A DNA stretch of 62,885 bases, the filler included, from Octopus bimaculoides (taxonomy: Eukaryota), in NCBI RefSeq assembly GCF_001194135.2. It is 5 parts of 5 records of this genome, joined end to end, with 100 filler letters (N's around TTAATTAATTAA, not from the genome) between each part and the next. Parts side by side here need not be neighbours in the genome. Positions count along the whole stretch, not along the records: positions 28,800 to 40,448 come from NC_068982.1; positions 40,549 to 58,884 come from NC_068981.1; 3 more parts are not named here. One strand, given 5' to 3'. The notes beneath the pieces were generated by a model that was not told the origin of the DNA, did no database searches, and worked only from the letters and a program-made list of their open reading frames with translations. The translations under genes were made by a program, and so were the position numbers. How positions within the stretch are numbered: position 1 is the stretch's first letter; the number at the start of each line of letters is the position of its first letter. Of this stretch, positions 36,496 through 51,933 are shown piece by piece.

Positions 36496-37732
36496 TATGT
36501 ATATATGCATATATATATATATTATTAATATTATTATATGACTGAACGCCACGCATCCTCTTCCAAGTAAGTTTCATCTTAATAATTCTGATTCGCACTC
36601 TATACGATCGTTTTACTCTTTCGTATTTCTCTTTTTTCTCTCTCTTATTATTTTACCTCCTCTTCTCCCTCTAATCTATCTTATTACTCTGTCACTCTCT
36701 CTCCCTCACTCCTCCTCCCTTGCTCACGTGGCTCCCACGTGACTATCGGTCCTCTTTCTTTCTTTCTCCCCGTTGTAGCTGGAACAAGGGAAGGCGTGTT
36801 CTTGTTTGTCTCCTGTCCTAGCTTGGTTTTCCCGTTCGCCACCACAACCTTGTTTAGACTTAGCAGCCCTTCCTGTTTCTTTTCACTGTCCTGTTTGTGT
36901 TACAAATTTTGGCCCTCCGCAAACTCCTAGATTTTATTTAATTTGCTTTGAGGGAGCAATTTTTTTTTTATCGAAAGCGTATATTGTTGTTAAATGGTCG
37001 AAACACGAGACTAGAAAAATAGCCAACAACTGATGAAGGGTCATTCTTTATGTTTGTCTTGTTTTCCATTTGTGTCTTTCGTTTTTCGAAAGAATAGTTC
37101 ATGTTCCATGTACTCGTGCTTCGTAATATTTTGTTGTACACGTTTCGTGACGTCCTGTGCCCNNNNNNNNNNNNNNNNNNNNNNNNNNNNNNNNNNNNNN
37201 NNNNNNNNNNNNNNNNNNNNNNNNNNNNNNNNNNNNNNNNNNNNNNNNNNNNNNNNNNNNNNNNNNNNNNNNNNNNNNNNNNNNNNNNNNNNNNNNNNNN
37301 NNNNNNNNNNNNNNNNNNNNNNNNNNNNNNNNNNNNNNNNNNNNNNNNNNNNNNNNNNNNNNNNNNNNNNNNNNNNNNNNNNNNNNNNNNNNNNNNNNNN
37401 NNNNNNNNNNNNNNNNNNNNNNNNNNNNNNNNNNNNNNNNNNNNNNNNNNNNNNNNNNNNNNNNNNNNNNNNNNNNNNNNNNNNNNNNNNNNNNNNNNNN
37501 NNNNNNNNNNNNNNNNNNNNNNNNNNNNNNNNNNNNNNNNNNNNNNNNNNNNNNNNNNNNNNNNNNNNNNNNNNNNNNNNNNNNNNNNNNNNNNNNNNNN
37601 NNNNNNNNNNNNNNNNNNNNNNNNNNNNNNNNNNNNNNNNNNNNNNNNNNNNNNNNNNNNNNNNNNNNNNNNNNNNNNNNNNNNNNNNNNNNNNNNNNNN
37701 NNNNNNNNNNNNNNNNNNNNNNNNNNNNNNNN

Positions 37733-37767
<35 letters not shown>

Positions 37768-38484
37768 ACCCACATATACACACATGAGTGTTTGTGTATC
37801 GACGAACTAACTTACCTGTATAATATACATATATATGCGTGTAAACATGTCTCGCTGTAATAAATATCACAGTAAAATCAATGCTTTTCCGTTGTTTCAC
37901 AATGGCGAAAAAGCTGCTTAACAACTTCCGCCTTTTACTCTATTTATTCTTCTCTGCCTTCTACCTAACTCAGCAATCGTAGTTCCTGTTGTTTCTATAG
38001 TTATTGTCACCGTTGTTTGCGTTTTGCTGGGTGTTGATTGATGTTTTGGGGCTATTGTTCCAATTATACTAGTTATCGTTGTTTTTTGCTGTTGTGTTGA
38101 CCCATTCAGCCGTAGTTGAGTACAGCCTCCTCTCTTTTGTACTGTTAGTAATAATAGTATTAGTACTAACGAAAATAGTGTTGACGTTGTTGTTGCTGTT
38201 GTTATTGTTGTGGTGGTAGTGGTGCTGGTGGTGGTTGTCGATAGTGGTGATAGTTGTGGTAGTGACATTAGTAGTTGAAGTCAATATTGTTGATAGGGCA
38301 CAGTCTCACTTCCGAAGGTAGATGATATTTATTGTTGCCCTTGTTGTTGTTGTTGTTGCTGTTGTTGTTGTTGATGTTCTTCTTGTTCTTCTTCTTCTTC
38401 TTCTTCTTCTTCTTCTTCTTCTTCTTCTTCTTCTTCTTCTTCNNNNNNNNNNTTCTTCTTCTTCTTCTCTTCTACTTCCTCCTC

Positions 38485-38556
<72 letters not shown>

Positions 38557-39204
38557 TTTTATATTACGAAATATATAATATATAAGATATATTATGATAT
38601 ATTTCATTATTATATATATATATGATATAAAAGATGCATTACTAAATACATTATTATTTTTATATATTATTATATATACACATATGTATATACATATGTT
38701 ATATATATATATATATATCTATTTATTTATTTATTATAGTTGTTGTTTTTTATTTTATTGTTGCTTCTGGTTGTTGTTATTGTTCATGTTGACGAGAAAT
38801 CAAAAAGAAAAAAAAATCTCGTTCATAAACTTTAACAATAAAGCGACGTTTGTGATAATTGCTATTGATTTTGTTGCTGTTGCTATTGTTAATGCTGTTA
38901 TCATTTTTGTAATTATTTTTTGTTGTTATTGCTTATCTTATTGTTGCTGTTATGGTTATAGTTGCTTGTGGTGGTGACAGTGACCCCACCCGGCTGACCT
39001 TAAGCAAGAAGTCTTATGATCAAAGCTCTCAAGCCGTAACCACTACGTCTTTCCATATTACACTGTTGTACAATAACGCTCCTACTTTTAAGACAGCGGG
39101 GTGTGGCTTGATGGAAATTTGCTGCTATTTCTAGCAGGCAGAACGCTCACGGAGAATCCTTCTGCTGTTGCTGTTCTAGTTGTAAATATATTCGATTACC
39201 CTTT

Positions 39205-39465
39205 ATCAATGACTTCTTTCAGTCATTGGACAGTGACCATGTTGGGACACCGCCTTGAGGGGTTTTTGTCGAACAAATCGACTTCAATGAATTATATTTT
39301 TATTTTTTAAGAGTGGTAGCTTTTCTATCGAACTCTTTTGCCGAACCGTTAAGTTACGGGAACGTAAACCAGCACCGATACGGGGACTTAAAGAAACTAG
39401 AACCAGCTGTCAAGTGCTCATGGGGGACAAGCAAAAAGGTACACACACACACACACACACACACA

Positions 39466-39508
<43 letters not shown>

Positions 39509-39740
39509 ATGCACACACACACACACATCACACACTCTCTCTCTCTCTCTCTCTCTCTCACGTACGCATTATATTATATGATTGGCTTCCATAGTTTCCA
39601 TCTACCAAGCTCGAGCACAAAGCATTGGTTGACCCGTGGCTATAGTAGAATATATTTGCTCAAGGTGCGGCGCAGTGGGACTGAAAGCGAAACCACGTGG
39701 CTGAAAGCGAGCTTCTTAACCACACAACCAAGCTTGCGTC
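39205..39740 (-). mobile_element. SINE family B, near-complete copy
   Basis: Same head, core and tail blocks as the other family B copies. Confidence 0.78.
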
Positions 39741-40371
39741 TGTGGATAACTTCTTTTTTTCAGAAGGCATTGCACCTAATCTAGTGGTAAGATAATCTAG
39801 ATTAACTGCCATATTTACAGAGACACTAAAACGCTTAGGAAAAGAAATCTCAGTCACACCTGATCTAACCCCACTTAACCCTCGTGACCTTAGCAGAGTC
39901 CACTCTGTTGTTAGTCTTGGGATCAGAAGCATCCACGTTTAATGATAACTTCCTCTTTCCTACCCCCACTCTCGAAGGTACTGCGAAAAGTAATAGGCGT
40001 TACCCTTCCTTCACCGACTAAGCTATATTATATTTTTAATAAATCTCACATCTGAATTTTGTTATTCTTTTGACGCAAGTCAGATCTTATGAAGCTGATT
40101 CTATAATCAAAGACACTCCAAGCACGATCAGCTTGAAAATGTTTATGCTTAAGCTACTATGTCCAACGTAACCTTCCTTAAGGGTATTTAACTACTATTT
40201 CTCACAAGCTGAATGAACTCGCAGAGACTTCCTTATTGAACTCTGTGGAGAGAGGAAAAATAGATATTACATGCTTGCTAAACGCTAAAACAGTGCATAT
40301 TACTTTCGCAAACAGGGGGAACCTCATCCAAATGAGAAGACACTATGTTGCTAGATAGATGATATATATTG

Positions 40372-40448
<77 letters not shown>

Positions 40449-40548
40449 NNNNNNNNNNNNNNNNNNNNNNNNNNNNNNNNNNNNNNNNNNNNTTAATTAA
40501 TTAANNNNNNNNNNNNNNNNNNNNNNNNNNNNNNNNNNNNNNNNNNNN
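40449..40548. other. Artificial scaffold-join spacer
   Basis: N44-TTAATTAATTAA-N44. Confidence 0.9.
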
Positions 40549-41958
40549 AATAAAGTGTCTCAGAGATCCATCCTGTCATCCACACTTTTCAATTTATACT
40601 AATATGATCTCTCCTCACTGCCACAAAACATTTGGGCATTATCAAATGCAGATGACATCAGATTAACGTCCACGTATTATTCTCTGGATAGTTTTGAAAC
40701 CTAGTAGCACAACAGACTAAAATAGCATATGCCACAACTACTGTCTTCTTCCTTACAAGTAACACTAGAGAACATCGAGTTCAATAAACTATCACACTCA
40801 ATAGCAAAAAGCATACACACACAAGGAAAAGATAAAAAATTTTAAGAGTTGCATACAACATCATCACAATATTTACAACGTGTCTGATCTAATCGGCTGT
40901 CCACCCTCCCACCAAATTTTGGACCTTGTGCCTAGAGTAGAAAAGAATATTTACGTGTATAAAATGATATAGTACAATAAGCGAGTTACACAAAGACATA
41001 CTTAAAGCAATCTCAGGCACTAGATTTGGTTACCTAAACAAGATTTGATATTATCTTCTTAATTGATATAACACCAATGTAATTCATATTCAGGTTGACT
41101 AGCTATGTCATTTTGCAAACTAGACAAAAATATTAAAAAACTTCCTTTAAAATACCTATAAGAATTTGTATGAAATAATGTACTTACTTTTCTTGATTTT
41201 ACATATGTAAAAAACATGACTGTTTTGCTGTATGTTCTATACAGTAGTCAATCTTTGATAAAATGTATCTACACAAAATTTGCATTAAATGCGATATCAA
41301 AGGGGGGAAAAATTAATAATGAATAATTGAAAAATATCATTTTCCATCAAAAATTTCAATTCAAAATGCTCTATTCAAAATGCTTATCTCATAAGAAAAT
41401 ATCTAACCACAGATTAACAGAAGTTGCAAAACTTTTTGCTCTATATACAAAATACAAAACATTAAGGGAATATGATTTCATTTAAGAAACTGTTAATAAT
41501 TTTCACTCATTCTCTTTTCATAACAACATATAGTATTCTAGAATTGGAGATATGAATAAGCTATTCTCAATCAATAATACTTATTATATTTCTATATCTA
41601 TGTCAGGAAATGATCAACTCTTAATATACATATTTATCTCAGAATATATTTCATGATCTTTAGACTTTTATCTGTAATGGTTGAAATATCTTTGATATAT
41701 TCTTCTATATTAATAAAATGTTTAAGTAGTCTTTAACAGAGTAATGAGTTTATCAGTTACATACATTAAAATTATGTTGTTGTTCTTTTTTTTTTTTTTT
41801 TTTTTTNNNNNNNNNNNNNNNNNNNNNNNNNNNNNNNNNNNNNNNNNNNNNNNNNNNNNNNNNNNNNNNNNNNNNNNNNNNNNNNNNNNNNNNNNNNNNN
41901 NNNNNNNNNNNNNNNNNNNNNNNNNNNNNNNNNNNNNNNNNNNNNNNNNNNNNNNNNN

Positions 41959-42000
<42 letters not shown>

Positions 42001-43738
42001 GGAATGGATGTTTTTGTTTTTATAGTTCATAGCCAGTAATGGAAAACTTATCAAATCTCATTACACTTGAATTAATAAATAATTGAAAGCAGAAGTAATA
42101 ATTTTCTCTTAAGAAGAAATGTTTCTAAATTAAGACATTTGATGGTTTTAAACACTAGCTGTAATATTACATGCTTAAAAAGTGGTATGAATTAGAAATA
42201 CTAATGTAGTAAAAATAAAGATATGAAACTTGAATTAACTCTATATCATATGAATGTGAATAACAAAAACAGGGAGCAGGAGAAAATATTGCATGGAAAA
42301 ATGAATAAGAAAAATATTGCATGGAAAACAGATAAATGATGATAATGATAATGAGGAACAGAGATAGAGTGTGGGGCTCATGATGATAATGACGATGATT
42401 ATGTTGATGATAATGATGGTGGTGGCGGCGGCGGCGGCGGCGGTTGTGATGATGGTGACGGGGATGATGATGAGGACAACTTTGCCCAAGTGAACAGAAG
42501 TGAATGGAAACAACTAATTTTTTTAGCGTTTAGAGATTTCCTAGGTTCTTTTTCAGTAAATTTGTCATGAATGAAGGTTCTGCTAGTTAAGGGTAATGGG
42601 TTGAATAAAAAAAAAAGTCTGGTTATATTGCACATGCATGCAACATTTGCAAAGCAGGCTTTAATATGAAGCAATTACAGCCAAAGGTCTTCTACAGGAG
42701 GCAGTAAACATTATTGACAGATGGATAGGGATGGACAAACAAGAAAGTGCCAGGAATTTTCAGCTGCTGCTACAGCCTCTGCTGCTACGACCTCTGCTGC
42801 TACTACTACTACTTCAACTACTACTATTACTACTACTACTAATAATAATAATAATAATAATACTGCTACGACCTCTGCTGCTGCTGTTATTACTACTACT
42901 ACTACTACTACTCCAACTACTACTACTACTACTACTCCAACTACTACTACTACTACTACTACTCTTTAAAATCAATTAGATGAAAAAGACAATAAAACCA
43001 TAGAGCTTGGTGTTAGACATGCTGATGAATTTCTGATGTTGCTGATTTGCTATGTTTGTAGAGAATATTTGTATATGTTAGCTACTTCTAAGGGATGTGT
43101 TTTCAGACATAAATTCGTATTTCTATGATGGTAGTATTTATGGGAGCTCTAGTCTGAACGATAGCTATGTGTTATAGCTTATGTACATGTTAAGGCTGTT
43201 AGGCTGTTACTTTGATTCTATTATAAAAGCATATGCTGTTCTTTAACCCTAATTGAGCAGACCTGTGATCAAAGGTATTCAAGCTTTGATCACCCCATCT
43301 ATTTTCTATTTTCCAATGTATATAAGACTATAATATCCAATGTGTCTTTTTTTTATGATGTTCAGGATGATTTGGCTACTGTTTCTAGCAGAGCAAAACA
43401 TAAAGGATTCTTTATTGGCTCTTAGCCCTCTCATTGGCTTTGCTTGTTGTATTTATATAATGGTGTGTAGCAAGAAATTTTGATCTGGCTTCTGTCATGA
43501 TTTTAGTGGATTTCTTTGTTCTGTAGTTATTTATTGGAAAATTTATCATGATGTCAATACTGATTATATTAAGGCTTATCTCTAGTAGTTTGATGTTTGT
43601 TCAATTTTCAAGTGATAATTGTTTAGGAAGGGTTGTTGTCTTGATTGCTTGGGAGTGATTTGATGACTCTTAGTTTTGTAAAGTGCTGTGTGTGAAGGTG
43701 CGTGTCGTAGTGGTTGGGATAATGGACTTTCAATCATA

Positions 43739-43952
43739 CAAGGGGTTGCTGAAAAGTTCCTGGCTTCGAGTAAAAGAAAATACAGGCAGATCCGTTAATT
43801 ATGATTTTATTCAATATATTCCCTTCTCAGAGTCACACTTATTGCAACAGTCCTTCAGTTTTTTAAGCCCTGTAAAAGAACTCGGAAGGTTGGGCCTCCA
43901 ACCAGGCCTTTCATGATACCCGTAAAGCTAGGAACTTTTCAACACCCCTTCA
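43739..43952. mobile_element. mariner-derived MITE (internal deletion derivative) with TA TSD
   Basis: ta|caaggggttgctgaaaagttcct ... aggaacttttcaacaccccttca|ta. The interior contains the reverse complement of the mariner 3' end at 5120-5237. Confidence 0.85.
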
Positions 43953-44439
43953 TAAGGTTTTCTGTTTGAATTATTTTTTGGACCAGGCCACAGATTGTGT
44001 CTTTAAACATGGTAATTTACTTCCGTGTTCCATGCCTCTCTCTTCTCCCTGCTTCTGCAGCTAACCTCGTCTTGTCCTACCACACTCCCCCCCCCCACTT
44101 CTTCCTACATTCTTCTATCCTTCAACAATTCAAGGCACATCAGTCATCACCCTTCAATTCTACCCAACCTTTTTAAAGTTACAGGCTGCCTCCCCATACA
44201 ATTTTCCAAAGCCTAACCCAAATCCTTCCCAGCCATCCACTTCTAGCCACCAGGACCCTTGAGAAGCCACCTGTACACTTCATTGCGAATATCTATATCT
44301 TCATAGCTCTTACTGATCAATCTCTCCCTTGCCCAAATGTGAGTAATGATGCAGCTCTACTACAACAACCTGCTCTGTCTCCCTTTCCTACTATATCTCT
44401 TCATTTCTCAGCATAAAGCCAATTCCCATTCTTGGGAGC

Positions 44440-44655
44440 AGTATGATGACCTCAATAGTGTTGGTAGCATGAAAGAAGCGCCTATAACACACTGTAAAGT
44501 GGTTGACATTAGGAAGGGTGTCCAGCCTTAGAAGCCTTGCAAAAGTAGGCTTTGGAGCATAATGCAGTCTTTAGATTCATTGGATGCTGTAAATCCATTC
44601 AACCCTTGCAGCAGGGAAATGGAACATGGATGTCAAATGATAATAATAATGATGA
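44440..44655 (+). mobile_element. RTE-type 3' end repeat with (GAT)n-like tail
   Basis: ctgtaaagtggttgacattaggaagggtgtccagcc...caacccttgcagc...atgataat. Related copies at 45170-45400 (+) and 55700-55870 (-). Confidence 0.6.
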
Positions 44656-45169
44656 TAACAAATTCAGCTGACTTGAGAAAACAGTGACACCTTATAGATC
44701 ATTAACCCAAATTCTTGTAAATGCTAGATATCAATGGCCCAAATTGTTCATGAAAATGGTGATGGAAATGAATAAAGGTGGCAGTGATGATAATGATGAT
44801 AGTGTTATGTGAAGAAGATCTGCTAGTTGTTGACTAATCATTGCTGTGCTTTGGTACTATATGTTAAAGAGGTCTGCAGGAAATATGTTAAGGTGTTAGA
44901 TATTGTCAGAAAATGGTATTGGAACATTTCCAGTAGGTCACAAAAGGTTGTATATTATTGTATTAATAAGTATTTATTGTCGATGTCTCAGTTGCAGATG
45001 TCACAAGATGAAGGTTCAGTGTTCTGCTCTTGGTGGATCTTTGGATTGCGACTGAAGAAATTGATTCATGCAGTGTGCATTGAGCTACTCAACCCTCTAG
45101 TCTCCAAGCTATACCCATACAAAAAATTAACACAACATATCAATACTGCCTCCCTCCATCTCAGTTGAG

Positions 45170-45400
45170 AGATCTTGTCTTGCAAGTTATTTGATGACAT
45201 CATTTGTACCAGTGCCTTGAAGAAAAGAAACCAATACATTCTATAAAGGTGTTGGCATTAGAAAGGACATTCGACTGTAGAAACCATACTAAAGCAGACA
45301 TTGGAAATTGGCACAATACTCTGGCTCATCAGATCCTGTTAAACCATCAAACCCATGTCTGCATGGTAAATAGATGTTAAAGAGTGAGGATGATGATGAT
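45170..45400 (+). mobile_element. RTE-type 3' end repeat
   Basis: ggtgttggcattagaaaggacattcgactgtagaaacc...aacccatgtctgcatgg...gatgatgatgat. Confidence 0.6.
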
Positions 45401-46511
45401 TATCCCACTGTAATCACCAGTTCTAATCTGATTACTAAAAGTAAGCAACATTTAGCCTAGTCAATACTTAGAGAGGTGATTGCTTAGGAAATCTAGTTGC
45501 TGTAATCACAAATTCTAGATTCTGATTGAACCCTACATTATGGGCCTCACATGATTATCTCATAGATAGGACCCCATAATGACAACAAGCTAAGAAAGTA
45601 CCAGCTTTTACAAAGCTCTAACTGATTATTGTGTCAATTTGTTTTTACTCTGCCATACATGTTCGTAATTTGAAAGAATTGTCCATTTGAGAATAAATGT
45701 CATGAGCACAGAAATGCTTATATAGCTATTTACCTATTACCTATTATTAAGATAGATTATTGACTCAAACAATAATATTTTCTGTAAAGTACAAATCCAC
45801 AAACATTTTTGCATAATTTGGCTAATTCTCAATGTCAACCTCTCTTTCATTATTTATTCTCAGTACATGATAACATCATTCCAATGTTTTCAGAAGCTCA
45901 CTCTGTAGACATTATTTCTCATACTTCATATCATTCTCTTGGGTATGACTTATTTTCTTTTTATTACATCTGCAGTTATGCTATTTATGTTAGTCTTTGA
46001 ATTTCTCACCAATGTTTTCAGAATGCTTTTCCTTTAACTTCATTTTCCCCTTCCATCTCTTGAGTGGGGAAAGGTGATGACCGATGAGTGTTGAATTGAG
46101 GAAGAAGAGAGAGATACAGGTAGAAATGGGTGGGTGAAGTGTGGCAGGATAGGACTGATACATTTTACTGGGAGAGGACAAGAGAGATGACAAGGTAAGG
46201 TCAGCTGCAGGAGTAAGGGAAGAGTATTACTATGTTTAAGGACACAGCACGTGGCCTGATCTAGGAATCAAACCTCATATCTTATGACTGAGAGTCCAGG
46301 TCTATTGTAATGAGTAACATACAGAACACTGAGACAGATTAAGAGTATAATGAGAAAGTTTCAATAATAAATATTCTCTATAACTGGACATGATGTGTAT
46401 ATTAATAACATACTAGCAGCATGGTGAATATATATTTAATACATTTTAAAACCAGGAAGAAATATATATACATATATATATATATAAATATAGCTATGCT
46501 TAGCACGTATC

Positions 46512-46561
<50 letters not shown>

Positions 46562-49500
46562 TATGTATATATATATATACTATATGACATTTTATTTACA
46601 TAGAGAGAATGTACAGTAATGAACTATAGATAAAAGAAAGTAAACTGAGACATAATAGGTACATATTTTCATTATGCTTATCTGAGCAATCTAAGTGTAG
46701 ATGGAAGAAAGATATAAGTATTATAAGTATATGCTAAATGTACAGTTTAAGTGGTTAGACTGTCAATATGTTGTAAATCAGTTCAAAGAACAAGGTATAA
46801 ATATAAAAATAAATGGCAAAGAGAAGTAATTAATAACTACAGAACAGGAAAGCAGTTAACAGTTGGGCTCTTTACAATGACTTTAAATTGAGATGATTCA
46901 ACCATATATCCATCAAGCTAAATTGTGAATGAGAATCTAACACCTGAGCACTGCCATACAGCTTCATTATAAACTGTTATAGAGGCAATATTGTTGCATG
47001 CAAGAGAGAGAATCAATAGTTATAAATCATGAAAATGGGAAAATTGTCATTCTGACATACATACACGAGATTACAGTTATTTGACCATGTGAAGGAAATG
47101 AAGAGATGGATTGAGTCAAACAAATTTCAATAGCACACACTATTCTGTAGCTTAATATGAAGTAGGCAGGTTTACATATAAATAGTTTTATCATTAAATC
47201 AAATTATAATATAAACATAGTATATAGCAAATCACACTTCAATTTAAACTTTTATACGAGGATGATGGGAAGAATCTGGTCACCAACTGCAATAAAATTT
47301 GTGATAGGTATTGTTATTGTTTCTGGTAGTTATATTATTCATAGCATTTATAATGATAGATTTTAGTGCTTAACAAAAATACTTAAACAATTTTGTAATA
47401 TGTATTTAGGAACAGAAAATAAATCAGAAATGTTCAAAGAATTATCCATTCTATCTATTCGCCTCAATGTATTTCAGTAAGTCTTCTGTTTATGTTCCAA
47501 TTCCATTTTTGATTATCCCAAGAGGAGTGGAATTTTGTCACAATAACTCTTTGAGTGTGTATATATGCTATTTTTTACCATTGGGCTATATTTGAAATTG
47601 CAGTAAACTCTAAATGCAATATACACTCAAGGTGAAGTCAGGATTTTTCAACGATCATATATCTAGTTCAAAAAATTTCTTACGTATTAATACGCAATCT
47701 TAGAACCAAATCATTGTATCTTTGTTTGAATGTCTTTCTTCTATCCAAAATGATTTCTACCATACAATTAAAACATGCTTCCCCTGCATTTCAGAAGCAT
47801 TGCATTCCTGAAAATCATGTCATCATGTAGAATTTCATAGCATAAAACCTATTTTCTACTGACTTTCTTGTCACATAATGATGAATGTAGTATTTACCAT
47901 TTAAAAAAATTTCTTTTGTTCAGTTTGGTTGCTTCCTGGTATCAGTTTTCCGAGCAGAAATGAAAACATTTGTTTTTTTTTTATATAATAAAATAGCATC
48001 ATAGCAGGTAATCGAAGGTTCTAGGGTGTCTATAGATCAATTTCTATTTATCAGTATTGTAATCATGTTTATTTTGCTTGTTATTATTAAAGAAGCAAAC
48101 TGTGGATTTTTGCAAGATTAGGTTACCTTTTAATAATGGGATTCTATAAGCTGTCTGCTTTCAACTAATGAACTTGATTCTCAGCACTGTTTGGCACCTC
48201 CTCTTTTTATGTCATGTTAAAGAGAATTTCCAAAGATACTGAGCACAGTCTTTTAGATAATCTTATCTACTGCATAATCTAATGTTGGCTGAAATGTCTT
48301 CTCTCAGTTCAACCTCTGCAATGTAAAAATTTACTTTAATAAAATTGTCAACTTATACTTTTTGGCATTTTCTTGGCCTTCTTGTTTTAACTCCAGCATA
48401 ATACCATCAAACAGACCAGTTAAACTGAAACAAAGCACTCTCATGACATTTCTTGCAACCCCAATTAATTACTCTGTCATAAAGATAATCATTTGCTTTA
48501 AAAATTAAAGATGTGTGACATTCTCAAAATAAGATAATAAAATAAAATATAATATAGTAATAAAATAATGAAATTCAATAAAGATGAAATTGTATATGGA
48601 AATTGAGAGGCATTAAAATATCTGATATTTACAGAGTACATTGATGGTACAAAGATTTCTTCTCTTAGAGAAAATATTATCTTTGATTTTATTAGCCACT
48701 TAAGAAATATAGGAGTCATCCATACACCATATTGCATATCTATTTGCTGAAAAAATATAATCCAGACTATATTATAATAACTGCCATTCATATGTCATTC
48801 TATTTCCTTTCAAGTTTGAATTATATAAGCTTGCTTTTTCACAATCAACAATATATCCTTTATACAAACTTTAGGTTTCATTGGCTATTCGGGATCATGA
48901 GCCATTGGATGGGAGATTTTTTAATTAGCTGCTAATTCATTTGTTAACCTTATAACTAATCTACCCAAAAGGTAAAAAATGATAACAAATATACATGTAT
49001 ATCTAGAGGTAATATTTATCTCCACTTAAACATAGATGTTCTGTTAGAAAAAAATTTATACTATGGTAGATACCATGAGAGAAAAAGTTTGATATTGGCT
49101 TTTGGTGCAAAATGCATTCTTGTTTATATCATCAGTGGGGACATAAATCCCCACTATCTCCAACACCTAGACCACCTGATCATATGATTTCACTCTTCCT
49201 TGACCTTGTCAATGATGGACACTCAACTATTAGAGATAGCAGCAATTCATCTCCCTACCAGCGATATATAGAAAAGCAGTGCCTGAACTGGTGTCATGAT
49301 TAGCCAGTGAGTGTGTTAAAATGTATATATATATTGATGACAGAGGCAATATTAATACTGAGAGGTAATGTTTATCCTCACTTAAACAGAGTTGTTGCGT
49401 TAGAACAAACTATACTACGATAGATAACATGAGAGAAACTTTCATATTGGCTTTTGGTCCAAAATGCACTCTTGTTTGCATCACATGTATATCAATAACA

Positions 49501-51874
49501 GTAGTCATTATTATAATATATATGAAGTGTTAGCAAACCATAGTTGTTGAAAACTGATTTTTGACATGGATTAAAAATATTTGTTTGCTAAATGAAATTA
49601 CAATAAGAAAAATAAATCTTTCTCTAAAATTTGAATTGCAGTAGCCATATTTAAATGTCTAAGTACACTGATGCTGCTGTTGATTGTTGACATATAGATA
49701 TCAAAGCAGTTTCACAGTGAGGAATATTTTATTCTACAATATATATGAGTAGTATTCATCATGATTTGTACTTCAAAACAATGGAAATATAAAGTAAAAA
49801 AACTGCTTAGACAATAATCAAGAAAAATCAAGAATACAACAGATATAGCAAGGCAATTTATTTCCATTCCTATCGTCATACTTTATTGTGTCTACCAGTG
49901 CCCTATGGACAAGCAATTCTTCTATTTTTTGCAATACTTCAAAAACACCTTGACAAGTCAATAATATATAGATTGCAATCTGTTTCATAAGCTATACAAA
50001 CAAAGGCCTGATCAATAAAAAGAATATAGTATTGATTCAAAACTTTTTTTTAAACTTTGTATTTCTTGAGATATATTTTTCCATTTTTATTTCACACTTA
50101 TTGATGAAAATCAAGTAATTCAAAATAACTGATTCTTTAAAACAATGACAATATTTCTGAAGCATTATCCATTATCAAGCAACAATAGCGAATACTGTTT
50201 TGTATTGAAAATAATGACAAGCTAAAGGCTATATGCTAATATCCTTATGCAAATCTGCCAGGACAGTAGTTTGCCACAATGCAAAATCACTTAGTATTTT
50301 TTATTGAATTCCTATCATTTAGATTCATTTAGTAAAATTATTTTACTTCCTTTTAGCTTAGTATTCAAATAAATGTTGATGTTAATAATATTGTGGAATG
50401 GTTTTGGAAAACCTGTTCTCCTGGTAGCTGGCTGGAAGAAATTCAGAAATTTTACAATATTAATCTAGGGAAACGTTCACACAGCAGAATTTGAACTTTA
50501 ATGATGCATGTGTGTCAGGTGTATACGTCTCTATGGTGGTGACTTTGAAGAATGCAAAGTAGATCTAAATAGTGTAATAAGTGTGAATTGTCAGCTTGAA
50601 AGATCAAAAGTGCTTGCATATGTTAAAAGTATGCTTAGAAATCAAAGGAATTAAAAGCTGCCTCCTTGAAGTCTTTGATGGATGTTCATGTAAAGAAAAT
50701 CACTGCTAAGAAAATAAAGAAAGTATAGAATTAATGATGACTTGGCTAGAAAGAAACCACTGGAATTTTAAAATGGGATTTCTTGAGATTGATAAATCAA
50801 ATAGTAATAGTAAAATAATAAGTTGTAATGCTTGTCTGCATGGATGGTAATAATGATATGTACAGTACAGAATAATAGTCAGGTCATATTCTGCTTTTGA
50901 ACTGTTGGTGAAACATTTTAGCACTACATATCTATATTATACATTAAAAAAAAAAAATGTGAATCTTTATCAAGTCCAAAATAACTGTATAGCGATGTGT
51001 GATATTTTTATTAAGTGTCCATTTGATGATGAACAACTTTTGCATGGGATGTGATTAACATGGATCAAAATGACTTATTGCAAATTAACAATAACAAAGC
51101 AGAATTAAAAATCAGAATGAATCAGAGGCAAGTTTGAATGTGACCACTAACAATTTCTTATCTGAGATTGACTGTTGGAGTCGTAAGTGTAATTTAGTCT
51201 AGTTCAACCTTAACCAAGTAGACCATGGTCATACCAACTTTTTTTTGTAAGCAATGCTGCCATTGTGCAATATACCCTTTCTAAGATAGAAGGTATAATG
51301 TGAGTGAAATTTAGTAGCCATATCTAGCAAGTTGACTTACAATGTAAATATTCCCTCATTTTCCTGAGGGGGCTCCTTTGTTCAACCAACATATTTGATG
51401 GCTCTGGTTCTGCACTTTCAAACTCATGTGGAATAAGGAAAAATAGGCAAGAATTAGCAACCAGAAGAGCATCTGTCTGTGAAACAGTGCCTCAGTAACG
51501 TATTCATGTAACTCCATGAAAAAACATGGAGAAACTCATGTAAAAAGAAATGAATGAACCAACGAATATTCAAACAGAATTGTAATAAGATAGCATTAAG
51601 AATATAAGAAAAAAATATTGTGATGAAAACAATGTTTTATAAAATTTATGTACTATTTAAGTGTTAAAAGCACTTTGGAATCACTCTGCATATCAGTACT
51701 TGATTGCACTTTCTACTTCCTCTCTGATGTTTCCCATTTGTACATCCAGCTGTGATTGTTGGGGTCCATTGTCAAAGATGGTCACTGTTGTTGGAATTAG
51801 TTGGTTCAGTACCTCCTGGTATTCTATTCTTCAGTTTGTAAGAACACTTTCAGTATACAAACTATATGTATGCA

Positions 51875-51933
<59 letters not shown>

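Noticed and set aside
37030-37162. CTGATGA at 37030 and reverse-strand GAAACGT at ~37140 as further hammerheads
   Set aside because: Neither half has a visible partner forming helix II, and the sequence runs into an N gap. Unresolvable here.
44900-44950. LRR-like peptide ILSENGIGTFP between AG and GT
   Set aside because: A single short motif with weak splice context and no neighbouring compatible exons.
48610-48750. Kinase-like peptide YLIFTEYIDGTKISS...ISHLRNIGVIH
   Set aside because: Lacks HRD/HGD, is bounded by stops, and has no suitable donor. Likely chance in AT-rich DNA.
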